A stretch of DNA of 64,000 nucleotides from Guillardia theta CCMP2712. Taxonomy: Eukaryota > Protista > Cryptophyta. Made by a program: the position numbers and the translations under genes. Shown here piece by piece: positions 21,340-35,454 of this stretch. Under the pieces are notes generated by a model that was not told where the DNA came from, made no database searches, and was given only the letters and a program-made list of their open reading frames with translations. The stretch spans positions 1 through 64,000 of the forward strand of contig NW_005434471.1 of assembly GCF_000315625.1 (NCBI RefSeq), read 5' to 3'. The number at the start of each line of letters is the position of its first letter. The stretch's first letter is position 1.

Positions 21340-23112
21340 GGCGACAGCCGCTCAGCTGCTCCCCTAGTAAAGTCTGCAGTCAGACCGGTTTTGTCGAATG
21401 GTCAGCTGTCTTGGGGAAAATCGATTTCACGAGGACTGTGTTCACACACTAAGGTAAATAGCCCCCAGGTTTCAAGATACAAGACTCCAATCTCACTTCT
21501 TCAATCTGCTCTTGCTCGTGCCTGGTCAAACTCATCCAATTCCTGCCTGCTTGCCACGTCGATCATTCTTGATTGATCCAGAAAAAGGTTTGTGAGTTCA
21601 CAATACATCAACTCTGTCTCGTGCTGTCTTGTTTGTTGCCGTCTCCGTCAAAATCTCTGCTCTCGCGCCCTTGCTTCGCCGTTCCTGCTGCCCTCCTATT
21701 GGTGTACCTCGCCCCTCCCCTTCATTCCTCCATTTTCAAAAAAATTCATGTAGTTTTAAAAACATTGGAAGCAATACCCTTCGTAACTTCGTTGTACCGT
21801 CAGTGTTTTATAAATGTTTTATAAATGTATGAGATTTATAAATACAGAAGGCTATAGATCTGAAGATAAGTTTACAACACTAATTTAAAGTGAATCGTTG
21901 TTTCTTTTGTGAAGGTCCCCGGTATAAATGTCCTTTAAACGTTGCCTTTTTAGATCGTTTGAGATCCCGGCCCCCACACGTCCCCCACCGGGTCCGTCAC
22001 ACCGGGCCGGGCTGACCGGGATGGCACTGGCGCCATGGCACTTGCCCGGCACAGGAACACTAGGAACTCTGATGAGTAAAACTTTCGTCCCGAGCCCGCA
22101 AGATGCCGGCAAGCCCCGGGGAAACTTGTCTCACAGACCTCGTTCTCAAGGGTATCAGCCATGCCGGGGCTGATGTGGCAGGCGATGCCATGGCGGGGGC
22201 TCGAGAGGCAGCAGGTGAAGGTCTCGCAACTCTCAGAGTCCACCACCGTGACGACCGTCCAATGGCCCGTCTGCTTGCGGGAAGAAGCAGCGCTCTTAGG
22301 AAGCTTCTGCGTCGCTCCAACTACCAACAACTTACCAGGGGTGCGTACTAAACTTCGCTCCATGCGATCGAACGTTCGAGGAAGTGACCTGCTGCTAGAA
22401 CCAGGACGATCAGCTTCCTCGCCTCTCATTTCAGGTCTGCCATGATGGCTTTCGATCTTCTCTTCCTGAAGCTTCACAGGTCGAACCGCAGATACCCTCC
22501 CACGCCACTGTGTTCCTCCTCAGCGATGAGAACGATGCCTTTCAGCGTCTGTTCCTTTGGTAGCACTCATCGACGTGCTGATGGATGCTCACTGAGCTGC
22601 CAGGGGAGGCAGAGGGAATGTTAGTGCGGGTTGCGAGCACTTGATGGAAGCAAGCAAGGTCAGTTCCGCCCGCATGGAAGTTCCTCATACCGCTGGCAGG
22701 CAACCGTCTTTGCAGATGCGACGAGTGGTGCGAGGGTGTTCGATGATGTGGGCTCTAGTGACTCCGATCTGCAGGACATGTCAATGGAGCTCGATCTCTG
22801 ACTGGAAGCCGCTACCATCAATGGTTCCCTGCTGGGCTTCCTCGGTCTCAGTTCCGGCTGAGACGATTGACAGGTATGCCATCGCGGTCGATTGCTCGAG
22901 GCCAAGACCCTCATGCCCCAACATCACCATGGTGCTGCATGTGTTGACTCTGCTCGGTCTGACCGTACCTTCTCCTCTCGTACTGGATGGCTTCAGGCCC
23001 AAATCTCCTACTTCCATCCCAACTCCGATGGGTCCATGGACGTAGCTCTTCAACTGGCACTGCGCATGCTCTGTTGATTTCTCTTTCGCTGCAGATGTGT
23101 AGGAATCTTGCG

Positions 23113-24686
23113 ATGGGCAGTGCAGGTATAGCAGCGATACTCAAGGAAACGTTTCATGTACTCTCAGTCTGTCTGGGTGTAGAAGTAAGACTTCCATTCA
23201 GAAAACGCTTGAGCATTTGGGAGTTTCCAACCCTCTTCACGTCGTCGGTCTCTCTCCCTTCAGCATCGTCATCCTCTATACTTGCGCTCTGGTGGAGACT
23301 CGCAGTGAAGGAAAGGATGGAGTCTCACGGCTGCGTGCAGGCGATGGTTCTGTGCGCCATTTTGCTAGGAAGCATGTCGCGAATAGAGCAGGACCAGGGG
23401 AAGAAGCTGGTTTACCTACGAAGCTGCTTTGCTCTTTTGGTGGCTGGCTTCAGCTACCTCTGCATGTCGACTGGAAACGGGATTTCCTTCCTCAAGCCCA
23501 TAGGTCTTCGACATGTTTCAAGTGCTGCCCGATCTGACAGACTCCTCCTACAGGAGGAACCGGCCCCGCTACATCATGGGCATTCAGGTGATACAGGGAG
23601 TAAGAACTCGAAAGACTGATCAGAAGTCAGCTCGACCAGACTTGAAGTTGCAGAAGAAGGAATGCAAGTTGCCTCCTACCCTCTCTTCTACGTCAGGTGA
23701 CCGAGCCATTGACCAACTGTTGCTGACACCTCCGACTAGATACCTCAGCATGATGGTCTCGACTTCGTGCATACTATACAACCTGTGTGTGATTGCAGCC
23801 GTCAATGCCCCAGTTAAGAAGGTCCGTCATCTTCTTTCATGACCACCTCTCATGAACTCACAGCTCCTTCTGTTCGTCAATGCAAGCATGTGGGCTCTCT
23901 TTCTCTCAGGCGCTGTCATCTTCTCACCTCTGAAATGGGTCTGATCTTCTCTGCCTTGTGCTGTTCTTGTCATGTGATACTGCGGATGGTGCCTTCAAGG
24001 TCCTGTGGTTGTTTGCTTCCCTTTCCTGCTGGGCGTGCTCCTGGACAATCAGGAAGGACTTATGGGATGCAAGCAGCATGTAAGTACACCCCAGACGAGT
24101 GGTCAGAGTGACGAGACTGCAGGAGGGATCGGCCAACTCGTCGGCTCTTCCACAAGGTATCAGACAATCTCCTTGTCCTGCTGAGAGGTTTCATCGTTTC
24201 ATTCTTAGTCCTCGCAGAAGATGACGTGCCTTAGTGTCCCCCGCACATACACACTCCTCTCGCCCTTTTCCTAGCTGACGAATCGGTTTTCTCAGCTGGC
24301 TGCCATCGTTCTTCTATCATGGACGGTCTACCCGATCTTCTGGCTGATCAGCGACGGAACGAGGTTGCTGGGATAGCCTATGACTGAGGCATGTCACGTG
24401 GGTTACAGGACTCTTCCAAGTGACGTCGTGATCATGGCGCATGGAGCGGTGGATATTCTTGCGCTGGTGAGGGACGTGATAGGAGCTGCTCTTTCTCTGA
24501 CGTGGCGATTTTGTTTCTCGCAGTGTATTTTTGGCCTGTTACTGTTGCGGAATGTTCCCAGGTTGAGCACCCTTCTCCCCAAGGCAAGGCAGTGAACAAC
24601 CTTCACGTCTCTCGCGTCCTCTCCACCTGCTGATGTGCATCCAGGGCATGGATGGCGAAACAGAGCTGCTCAACAGTGAGAGTTAA
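23113..24686 (+). CDS. Microbial (type 1) rhodopsin-like protein lacking the retinal-binding lysine; start uncertain
   Basis: Spliced helices: AGFSYLCMSTGNG (B), YPLFYVRYLSMMVSTS (C), SWTVYPIFWLIS (F), DILAL|CIFG (G; bacteriorhodopsin DVSAKVGFG). Confidence 0.8.
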
Positions 24687-25146
24687 CACTCAGTGTGACC
24701 GGGAGGGCACCGTCCGTGGTCTGAACTTCGGAACTCGCGAGTCGGCGGAATCGGCGGCGACTGTACTGGCGTTAAGTTGAACGGCTGCCGGGAGGATCGT
24801 GCAAGTTCCGAGTCACACAGTTCACACCTCACACAGTTCGCACCGCTGGCGGGCCGCTGCGGCCTCTGGCTGTGGTCCCGCGCTTGCGTGAGGCTGTCCG
24901 GTCATACCTCAGTGTAAAGAGTGTAATCTGAACTTAGTAAGAGTCCCGCTGGGCCGCCGGGCCCGTCGGGCGCCGGGCCGGGCCGGGCCGGGGCGGTTAG
25001 AAGTTTAGGTTTCCAGTTGTGAAACGAGTTGTCAAAACGAGGCATGAGAAGGAAGACAAGCGTGCGAGACGAGGAGAGAGGCAGAGCTTGAGACTTGCTG
25101 TCTGTGATTGTAGTCGGATCCAATCGCACGGCAAGGGATCGTCTCA

Positions 25147-26830
25147 TGATGGAAGACGTGGCGTGGGTGTGTGAAGTCTGTCAAGAACAGATCGAGGGGA
25201 TCATATGGCAATGCATGCGAGGTCATCTCTTCTGCGGCGACTGTTGCACTCTGATGCTATCCGAGACTGGTCAGCAAAAATGCAGGGCATGTGGGGCGAC
25301 GATGGATGGATACCGGAACAGAGCCTTAGAGCGATTGAGAGAAAAGGCGGCGAGCAAAGAAAGTCACGACAGTGAAGGTGTGATGCGAAGGCGGAAGGCA
25401 GGGGAGGAGGTGTATGCGATGTGGAGCAAGTTCATCAAGAGGGTAGACAACAAGAGAGTCCAAGACCCTCCTGTCCAATGCAAAGAGGATGAAAAGGGGA
25501 AGGGCCAACAGAAGCTTGATAGGAGGCTTGAGTGGCTCACGTGGGTTGTGTTTGCACTCATTGGCTTGTGCGGCATCTTGATCTTAACGCTCTCATTCCT
25601 TATCGTCACACACGCTCTCAGCGGCCTCGGGTCAAGTTTGATTCCTCCGGCCTCGTCGTCTCACAGAGTGAATGTCTCTCATCCCGGGTCCTTGCACAAC
25701 ATCGGCGGTGTTGTACACAACCACTCCAGCGCGGATGAGGCCGGAGACGAGGAGCTTGAGGACGAGCATGAACTTTTCGACAATATGACTGCCGCAAGGA
25801 GCGAGAACGAGCTCAACTGGGCTTACATTCCTGTTCCTCGCCCGCTCCCAAAATGCAACTTTAGAGAAGGCGACGTCGTCGTCATCGAATGGACTTGGGT
25901 CATCATGGCTGACTCCATGGGTAGCTTCTGTGTACTTGCTACTCTTCTCTCGCTACTCTTCTCTCGCTACTCTTCTCTTTTTCCACTCCCTCCTCCTACT
26001 GTGACTACTTGCCGCTTCTTCCGTCTCTTGTCTGTTGTATCCGCCCTGACCTTAGACAGGTTTTGCCTTCCAAGACTCCCTGAGAGGCGTCGATAAATTT
26101 GACCATCACGGCAACCATGACCTCGAGTACGGGGTCTGGGTCTGTTTGATTCCTGAAGCCATCGTGCGGCAGCCTTGTGTCAACTATCTCCCCAACGGAG
26201 AATCGGATCTTGCGTGCTTCAAGTTCCATGAACACAAGCGCGAGTTTCACTTCTGGCGGTGGAACTTCGGGCCTGAGAAAGGATACACGCCTGTGTCATG
26301 GAAGGAAGTGCAGGACGGCAGGCCTGTTCAGTGCGACTTCAAACCAGGGCAGAGAATCACTATCACAACCAGCGAGATCGAGCACATGTGGAGGACGCAT
26401 CATGCATTCAACGGCTCGCTTCCCCCATCGGCCGTGGAGGGAAACAAGAAGCGCTGGTGGTGCATAGGACCTCACCTGATGGCTGTCATCCGCACGAGGA
26501 TAAGTCCAACTAAGGACTGGCTGACAAAGGAGTATCTAGAGCAAGACACCTCCCTCAACAGACCATGGTGCTCTACCTCGCCTTGTGCCCCGACCCTTGT
26601 TTTGATGCTTGTGCTCACAGCTTGAAGTGGTCTTCTGATCTTGGAAGCTACTATGACTACTTTGCTTTTGACCTTGCGTGCATGCGATTTGACGAGGTAG
26701 GGGGCCGACAGTCTGCCTTCGACTTGCTCACAAAGACTGCAGGTGAACAAGAACTTCTACTTCTGGGATTGGAACTCAAAGAGGACTGACCCCGGTAAGA
26801 TCGTTTATAGCGTCGCCTATCGGGCAGTGC
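25147..26830 (+). CDS. SINA/SIAH-type RING finger membrane protein
   Basis: CEVC..IWQCMRGHLFCGDC..KCRAC..RNRALE, then a TM helix (WVVFALIGLCGILILTLSFLIV) and a Cys/Trp-rich second domain. 3' end approximate. Confidence 0.75.
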
Positions 26831-26923
26831 GAAGACGAGGACCTTTGGTGATGTGAACTCCACATTCCGCCATGCAAGTTGTGGTGTAGGAAACTCAATT
26901 ATGTAAAATGAATATTGCTATGA

Positions 26924-28379
26924 TCACTTGGCAGCCTCAGCAGAGACTTCACGGATCTTTGACATTAGCTCTCGCAGAAATTCAGCTTGCACGCGTTGGC
27001 CATAACTGAGAATCGATTAGATCACCCATGTCCAAGGAATTATGACACTCCTCATCATCATCGCTATCCCAATCATCATCAATCCATCATTATTTCCAAC
27101 ACCACCACTACAACAATTAGCATCTCCACCGCCAGCATCATCACCACCACCACCATCAGCTCATCCTCATCCACATCCTCATCCTCATCCTCATCCTCAT
27201 CCTCATCCTCATCCTCATCATCACCATCACCACCACCATTAGCAGCAACAGCAACAGCAACAGCAACAGCTCATCACCTTCCGCTCGCTTTCTGCAGGAC
27301 AACCTTCTCAACGCAGCTCTGCACGGAGGCCGAGAGCGTGTCCTTGTCAGTCTGAGGGGCTTCACCCTTGAGCACCTAAGGGACGAGCCCTCACAACCCG
27401 CCTCAGCCTCTATCGTTCTCACCTCCTCCAGTAAAGACCCCCACTGGTCAGCGTCGGCTCGGAGAATCCGACCGAGAACTTCGTCGCTCGTGCCTGCAGC
27501 CAGAAGTTCTTCCGCCGCCCACATCTGCAGGAGCTTCTGACAGATCACGACCATCCCGTCAAGGCGATCTTCGCTGGCCTTCTTCATGTAGGCAAACACA
27601 GTGGCGAGGACCCCCTCGTCCCCCAGGTTCTGCTTCTTCTCCGAGACTTTCTTCCTCATGGTGTTGATCTTGTCTGCCTTCAACGGAACGATGAACTCGC
27701 CGTTGGGCTCAGCCGCAGAGCTGAGGATCCCCTGGATCAGCTCAGCGGCATCGTCAAGCTTCTCTTCAGTTCTCTGAACAACTACTTCCAGCGTTGCCAC
27801 AAGGTTGTCTGCGAGCGCTGAGAGCTGCTGCTTCCTGGTCTCGTCTTGTGACTCGTCGCTCATGGAAGCGATGCGCAGGAAGAACTTGGGGCTTGAGATC
27901 TCCTTGAGGTTCTGAAAGGATGTGAGGCAAGACGAGAAGGGCAAGGCAAGAAGAACCTGACTCGCGATGTTGGGGAGCTCGTATGGAGCTGCTTCCGCCA
28001 TCTTGAGGATGAGGTCGTCCATGAGTTGTTCCTGCGAGGACTTGTCCGACATTCTTAGCAGCAGCATCCCTCGCTTGCCTATCAAAGAGATCATTCTAGT
28101 CACTTTAAAAGAAGTGATGATGTGAGAATAAGCTCGGGCATGCAAGCTTCACCCCTCACCTTGCTTTTGAGACACCTTTGACGTGCTCAAGGTCACTCGT
28201 GGAGATGCTGGTCGACGTAAGCTCGCACTCGCAGAGGCGACGGGTGATGAGCAGTAGGCACGAGGAGCGAGAGGAGCGAGAGGAGCGTAAGAGAACGCCA
28301 TGCTAGGATGGATCATCGACAGGCTCACGGCCACTGCCCCCATCACCCTCCGTCTCGTCGTCATGCTCTCCATTGCCAT
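26924..28379 (-). CDS. Plastid-targeted conserved alpha-helical hypothetical protein, multi-exon
   Basis: Signal peptide ending SMA-F plus a Ser/Arg/Pro transit peptide. Long coding exons with strong codon bias. Confidence 0.65.
27110..27272. repeat. Intronic compound microsatellite (CATCCT)n/(CAC)n/(AGCAAC)n
   Basis: Seen directly. Confidence 0.9.
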
Positions 28380-31109
28380 CCCGGCCTCCGTGCTGTCACG
28401 TTATAAAGGGTCTGCCCCGATAATATTTGCAAGGACAGCATAGTAATGTATATGAAGAAGATGACGCTATTGCTCGAAGGATTTTTCTTTCGCTTAATTA
28501 GGAGCTGCGGCGGGCTCGTATTCTACCTGCAAGGAGAGTCCCATCAGGGTGCAGGTCAAGGCGCTTGAACCTCAACGAAGCAGGAGAGAGAGGAGAACCA
28601 TGAAGGAGGAAGGGAAGACGCTTCTATCTCAGATGAGCATTCATGGTGCGTCTCTGTGCCTTGAAGTTATATGAGCATGAGGCTTGCTTATGAAATGGTC
28701 GACTCATGTATACCCATGTCGTATTCGAACGAGAGTCTGTTTTGTTCGTGCGTCAAACGACATGAGAGAAGTTTTACATGTCATTCAAAAGTCGGCAATG
28801 TGAAGTTACTCAGATCTCGGCTTGGTATTCCAAGTGTCTCATCACGGCATTTCAGTGGATTTTTCTTCCATCCTGCAACCAGTTTGTCGGGTTGTTTCAG
28901 CGAGGGAGTTTACGACGACAGCAGTACGGTTTTTTTTGGCGGCATGCCGATGGTAATGAACGAATTCCACTTCTAGATTTGAAATGCCGACAACACTGGT
29001 ATCATTACGTCATTGCCAGTGAGATCAAGCACAAGAATGTAGGCGGTCAACGATGTGATACGTCGGTCAGGCGAGTCAAGATGAAGTAAATGAGCGGACG
29101 GCTCCGATGATAATCTCGGTCGCACTGAGCAAGCATGTCTCGTCAACTGCAGCGAACTCTTGCTGCTGTTACGACACTCCTGTTTCTCTTTTCTCGATGG
29201 CTGTCTGCTGCCCAACCCATACCTCTGCGGCTGATATTCGTGCGACATGTTCAGGAGGCATATCTTTGGTGCATGTTATATCTCTATTTCCTTATGTCAC
29301 ATGTTTGGACCACTTTTGCCTCCCTTACACACATTCAGGTCCAGCAGCTGCTTATGCGTACAGAGACTTGGTGTAGGTAGCAGCTGCCATCTCCGTCATC
29401 GTGAGCTCTGTGCATAAGGTAGACACGTACCAGCGGCCACGTACGCGTCACGAGCTGCTTCATAGGGGCCGGTAGCCATCTTCACAGCCTGTGCTGCCTG
29501 CATGCCAACATCAGAGCTCGAGATTGATCAGTCTCGCCTTGACCTCGAGGTAGGCGCTCCTCGCCTGCTCGTACTGGCTCGCGTAATCCTGGAGAGCTTC
29601 AAGAAAGTTTCAGTCTCATGGCTAGTCTCCCATATCAGCCTCACAGAAGCTGGTGGACTGAAGCTCCTCGAAGATGGGAGATGAGGGATCTTGACATATC
29701 GGTCAGACTGAGGGACCATGACAACGCAAGAGCACCATGAAAACTCTCAAAGAGCTCCTGAGTTTCTCGAATAGTCTTGAACATGTCTGTTTCAAAAGCT
29801 ATCAGTAAGTGTTTGAGAACATGCAGACATGTTTGTAAATGCGCTTTAACTTGCGAAGCAGTCTTGTGTTATTGCAGCAATACAAACAAAAGAAACATAT
29901 CCATATGAACCCTTAGTTATTCACTTCCAACGTCTGTTGCAACACGGCCAGAACAACTAGTCAAAAGGTTTCATGTCAGCTCTTTCTCACTGAACGAATC
30001 TACTGAAGCTGTAGACGTAGCTCAGTGTTTCTTCAGCTCAAGCGGCTGGTGATGCTCTTGAAGCATGAAACATCAAACAAAAGTGATATGATGTCACTGT
30101 CTTGTTCTGCAAAGGCAGCTAAGCCTGATGATAATTCAACGGTGCTATTAGCAGCTGTACTGCAGCTGCCATCGAACTGCGCTCTGCAACTATGCCCTGT
30201 CCGCAGTTGCCGAAATGGCCACTCGGACCTTCACAGGAGTCCCGGAAATAGACTCGGACCGTTAAAAGGCATGAAACGGACAGTAAACTTTCAAGGCCTC
30301 GGCCGGGCCTACTAGGCTTCAAGGCCTCGGCCGCCCTCTCATCAGGCCCGGCTCAGTAATAAACTTGAAAAAAAAATCAGTCGTTTACTCAAAGTTAAGT
30401 TAAAGCATCGGCGACCGTCCGCCCGGCCCCGGGGGACTCCCGGGCTCCCGGAGTGATCGGCGGAAACTTGAAATCACAAGTTCACCAGGCGGCCCGGCCC
30501 AGGCCACCGGGTGGCCCCCCGGCGTTGCCACCAGTTAACTCGTCCGAGTCGGAGTCCGATACGACGCCGGTTCGCCGAGCCCCCCCGGTCAGCCCACGAG
30601 GCTGGATCACATGACACTCAGTGGCTAGGCTGAGTGAGGCCATTTGTTCAACGAGTCAAAAACCATCCGGGCGGCGTGTGATTCAACGCCGGGTTGGGTC
30701 TGGCGCTGTAACTTGAAGCCACACTCGCGGGAGGCCCGCACTCACGGTCCGGCGGAACCCAAGTTGGAACCGTGATAGTAGCCGCCGCTCGCCCCCCCGA
30801 CAGTGGCAGTGCCAAGTACCAGCCTAGTAGGCTTCACGGGCCCAGTGACGGTGAATATCCCGATCATCTTAAACGACAACTGGATGCAACGAGGCGACGC
30901 CAAGAGGTTTTACTTCACATAGAGAGTCAAGGACTGAGATGATCCGATCGGAAGAGCAGGCCGCCGCCGGGCCCGGGGAGTTGGCTCCCTCCCGACTCCG
31001 GCGGGACCCTCAAAGCTGACTGGCTGGTAAATTACACGAGCAGGCTACGACCTCAGCCTAGCAGTTGGCGATCTGATAGTCCCGCCCTTGCCCCTGCTCA
31101 CTGGCCAGG

Positions 31110-33770
31110 TCAAGGGTACAACGATAAGATCAGTGGAGATGCGAAACTCACTGGCGGAGGAACAGGTTCAGGAGGAAGCTCGCGAGACATCTCGCGCTGA
31201 ATACCAATGGAGCGATTCTCTGTGAAAGACAACCAGTGAGGAAGTGAGAGGGAGGAGGAAGGGAAAGAGGTAGACCGAGATAGAGAAAGAGGGCGAGAAG
31301 GTGATCGAGAGGAAGGGAACGGGGCAGAGCGAAGGAGGGTACCTCTTCTTTCCTTCTCCTCTCTCTGCCTTCTTTCTCGTAGCTCAAGAAATTTGGATCT
31401 TGACTCACCCATCAACATCCATGAGCCTCCTCTCACGCTCTCACCTGACGCCCATCTGTGCGATGCGTTGCAGGACTGCCGCTGCTGACGGCCGCTGCTC
31501 GGGATCCATATGCCAGCAGTCTCTGCGAGCCACTGAGGATGCGAGTCACTCGACCCTCCAGCACAGACCTGAGCAAGTCCGCCAACTGTAGAGGCGTGTC
31601 TGCTGGGATGGGAGGTCGCTCCCCCAGGTGAGCCACTGCCTGCCTCACGTCTTGAAAGTTTGAGCCGTCCCACGGCAGCTGCATGATGAATATTGCATGG
31701 TCAGTGAGAGAAGCAGCGTGGTTCAGTGAGCGAGGAGGAGGCAACAGGCAGCGGGTGAAGTGAGGGATACGAGGAGATATATGTGTACACACCTTGGACG
31801 TGAGCATCTCCCACATCATCATTGACAAGGAGTAAATGTCAATCTTCTCTGTGCACTTCTCGTCCCTGCTCAAAATAGCGTCGTCAAAGAGAAGGTCGTC
31901 CCGACGTCAACGCTCAGCGTTCCTGTACGACTCTGGTGCCATGTAGCGAGGGGTTCCTGCCAAGTTGCTTCTTGTCTGCAAGAAACCTCAGCAAGGTTCA
32001 CGGCCAAGAGACAGCAAGGCTACCTGAATGTACTTCCCTTTCTTTTCACACGCTAGACCGAAGTCTGCCAACTTGAGCAGTCCTGCTAACATTATGAGCG
32101 AGAGATCCTTCAACTTACCCTCTCACCTTTGGAGTCAATGAGCAAATTCTCAGGCTTGATGTCTCGATGGACTACGTTGCAGAGGTGCAGGTACCGCAGG
32201 ATGTCCGCAACCTACGGGGAGAACTTGAGGACGAGCAAGGGAGGGTCTGAAAGGCACCTGGGCGGAATATTCTAACACTTCCATGTGCTGCCAAAATTGT
32301 GCATGTCAAGGCTCGGTGAGGATTAGAGATTCAGCAGCGCAACCTTCATCGGCTTGTATGGAGCATTGTGGATAACATTGTGCAGTGACCCGCCGCTCAC
32401 GATCTCAGTCACAAGCAGGAAATCTACTTTACAGAAGCTGAAAACTGCACATCACGGCATGCACGGAAAGTTAATGTGATGTCTCACCCAAAGACTCGGA
32501 GCACCCCTGGGTGCAGCAACGAGCGCAGCAGATATGCTTCTCGCTGAAACTTCTGCACTTCATATCTATCAAAAAGTGTCAGGAGGGCGTCAGAGGCTCT
32601 TCACTGGTGACCTGTTGTTCCGTACGCTGTCTTTCAGTCTCTTCACTGCACATGGAAGCTGCCAAGTTGCACTGTGAACCTCAGCAAAAGATCCTGGCAC
32701 GTGCCTTCACCATGCGCCCCTGGTGAGACAATCAAGAAAAACACCTGATCCGAGCATTCGATTCAAAGAGATGTCGTTGGATTTGATGGCAAGAACATGC
32801 TCGCGAGCCTGATGACATCACGTTTTGTCAGCATACATGCAGCCATCTCGAGCCCTGCTGACAAACCTCATCTCGCATCGCCCGCAGAGCCTCTTCGACA
32901 ATCTTGATTCGTTCTTTGAGCTTTTGGATTTCTAGATCACTGTCATTCGAAACGCTGCCATTCCCCGCGCTGCTTTCAGACGAGATCATCTTTGCTTGCA
33001 ACCCATTCACATGAACAAGCTTTCGAGATAAGATCTCAATCTTTGCATAGGCCTCTTCGATCTCCTTGTCTTTCTGCCGCAGTTGACGCTTCAACTCATC
33101 AATTACTTGACCTTCCCTTCTCTCATCATAGTCTGAACTGCTTCCGTTTAATCGCCTTGCTGAGGGAGACATCACGACCTTGCCGTCTCGGTCGGACGCT
33201 TTTGTGTCCGACGACCGATCCGTTCCGCTGCCAACGTCATTCGATCCATATTTCGCTCCGTCGTGGTTGAAGGAGCTGGATTCTAATTTCTTCAACCTCT
33301 GCTCCATCTCACTCATCTCAGCCTTCAGTTTCTTTTCCCTCTCATCTGCCCTCATCAGCTGTTGTTGTAATGCAGCATTGTCCGAAGCTAACCGGGATGC
33401 TCTGCCCTCAGCTTCTTGGTGCACACGATTCAGGCCGGATATCTCCATCTTGAGGGAGCTAATTTGAGTTTCGACATCATGGATGGATGATTGTCCGTTC
33501 CTAGACATGTCCAGAGACGAGCTGAACTTGTCGAAACTCACAGGCACAGCTGGAAGTCGATCGGAGCTTGACCTGATTGCGTTGGCACTTTTCTCGTCGC
33601 TTTGAGTCTGAATGATTGCGGAGTTGAAATCTGACACTCTTGTCGTATTGCGACCACTAGAATAGAGCGAAGGAGAGGTAGGAGTAGGCTGCAGGTCATG
33701 AAGATCGTGAGACTTCACAAAGACGCGTGTCAACAAGATGGTTGAAACCACAAGAGGAGGTTTACCGATA
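31110..33770 (-). CDS. Ser/Thr protein kinase (TKL-like) with N-terminal coiled coil, multi-exon, probably extends upstream
   Basis: [50 protein letters not shown]. Coiled-coil ORF 32828-33751. Confidence 0.85.
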
Positions 33771-35454
33771 ATCGCCTCTCCTGGTCGAAAGAGTGAAGCT
33801 GACGGTAATTTAGTTGCAACGGAGAGATCTCATTGCAGACCCACCTGCTGACTGACGTGCAGTTGACTCGGTCCTATACTGTTCTGACGATCCCTGTTTC
33901 CGGCTCAATCACTTCCAACATCCGTCTGACAATGTAGAGTTTTACGAACCTGGATGACGATAGTTTGCCTTGTGAGCTGTAAGATATATGTAGACTTAAA
34001 AAACGTCATGATCGAAATCCCAGAACAAACAAAGCAAACCCTACTTGGTCGGTGCTTTTGGTTGGAGGGTGTAGGTGGAAATTTGCGGCCTATAGATGTC
34101 TTTGGAAACATTCAAATCTCAGCTTCAAGACATAAATTCGCAAAGCAGCTCACCAGAGCTAGAGTGATACATCTGAGGATCTTGTGCACTGTAAGTCGCA
34201 CGATGCACGGAGTTCACAACGTTGGCACCGCCGGAAGCCATCGCTGAGGTTGAAGTATGGACTACCATTTGAGGCGATGAATGGAACTGCCCCTGCATGG
34301 GCGCTTGCAGAGAAGAGATTAGACCGAGCAGGAGCGAAGGTCGGGGGATCTCATCATATCAGATGGAGGGACATTCAGCAGCTCGCCCTCGATATTGCAA
34401 ATTGCGGGAGATATACGAACTCAGCGAGTCTGAAGCGAGAGAAAAGAGTCTGTTCCATTTCATACGAAACATGGGCATCGTGGCGTACGATAAGAACAAT
34501 ACAGAACAAAATCATGGAAAACAAACTTCGGCTATATCGGTAGATATACAACATTACATCTACTCATGGCGAACCCCCATATCATCTAAATTGCTTCGAC
34601 TTGCGCATCCAAATCATCCCAATACAGTTTAAATATGCTTGCACCTATGTTTGCGAAAATGCTTTCTAGCTTTCCTGCTACTCTTCCTCACCATCTCCTT
34701 CTGGTCCTTATCGCGCCAAAAATGACATGGCAGGGAGGTTGGAGGAGGAGATTCAAAATACCAAGATACTAACGAGGAAGGGCATACCCGCATTCATCAC
34801 GATGATTGAAATGCGAATGCAAGGTAAGAGCAGGAGCAAAGGACACAAGGACACCTAAGACTCTGCACCTGACGTAATCACTGAAGTGAGAAGAAGCAGG
34901 GAAGGCAAGAAGAGCAAACTAGAAAGAGGAGACGGCAGGAGAGAAGTTGGCACAAGACCAAGGGCAAGTGAGTACACGAGATCAGGAGGAGGATGTGTAC
35001 AGGGGTAGAGGCAGCCGAGCAGCACAAGCGAGAGGCGCGGTTATCCCCTACATGAAGAAATAGCGGGCGCCAGGAGCAGGGGTGGTTTTCGCTGTCCGTG
35101 TGGTAGGGATACTGTTAACCATCTGTCAAGTGAGGGTGGGGTAGGCCATACCACGGGTGGTCGACAATCATTTGAAATTGATGGGAGGGAGCCACCGGTA
35201 CCATGTCTTACACCCCACCCTACCCATCAACGCCCCCATCCTCTATTTGAAATCCTATCCAACAGACTACCCTACCCACGTTTTGACGAAGCTCAAAAGT
35301 TGAACCTACCCCCCCACCCTGCCAGGATTATTACTCCGTACCCACCCCACCCTCTCTATTGGCGAAGGTCACACTCAAGAGCATTTGAACCTTCCGGCCC
35401 GGGCCCGGCCGGGTCTCGTCGAGCGTTACAGTTTTGATGTAACGGTAAAGGGCC

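Noticed and set aside
28450-29770. Probable spliced gene on + (also 15400-16020, 21950-23100, 62600-63770)
   Set aside because: Intron-like signals are present, but I could not assemble a consistent frame or recognise a product.
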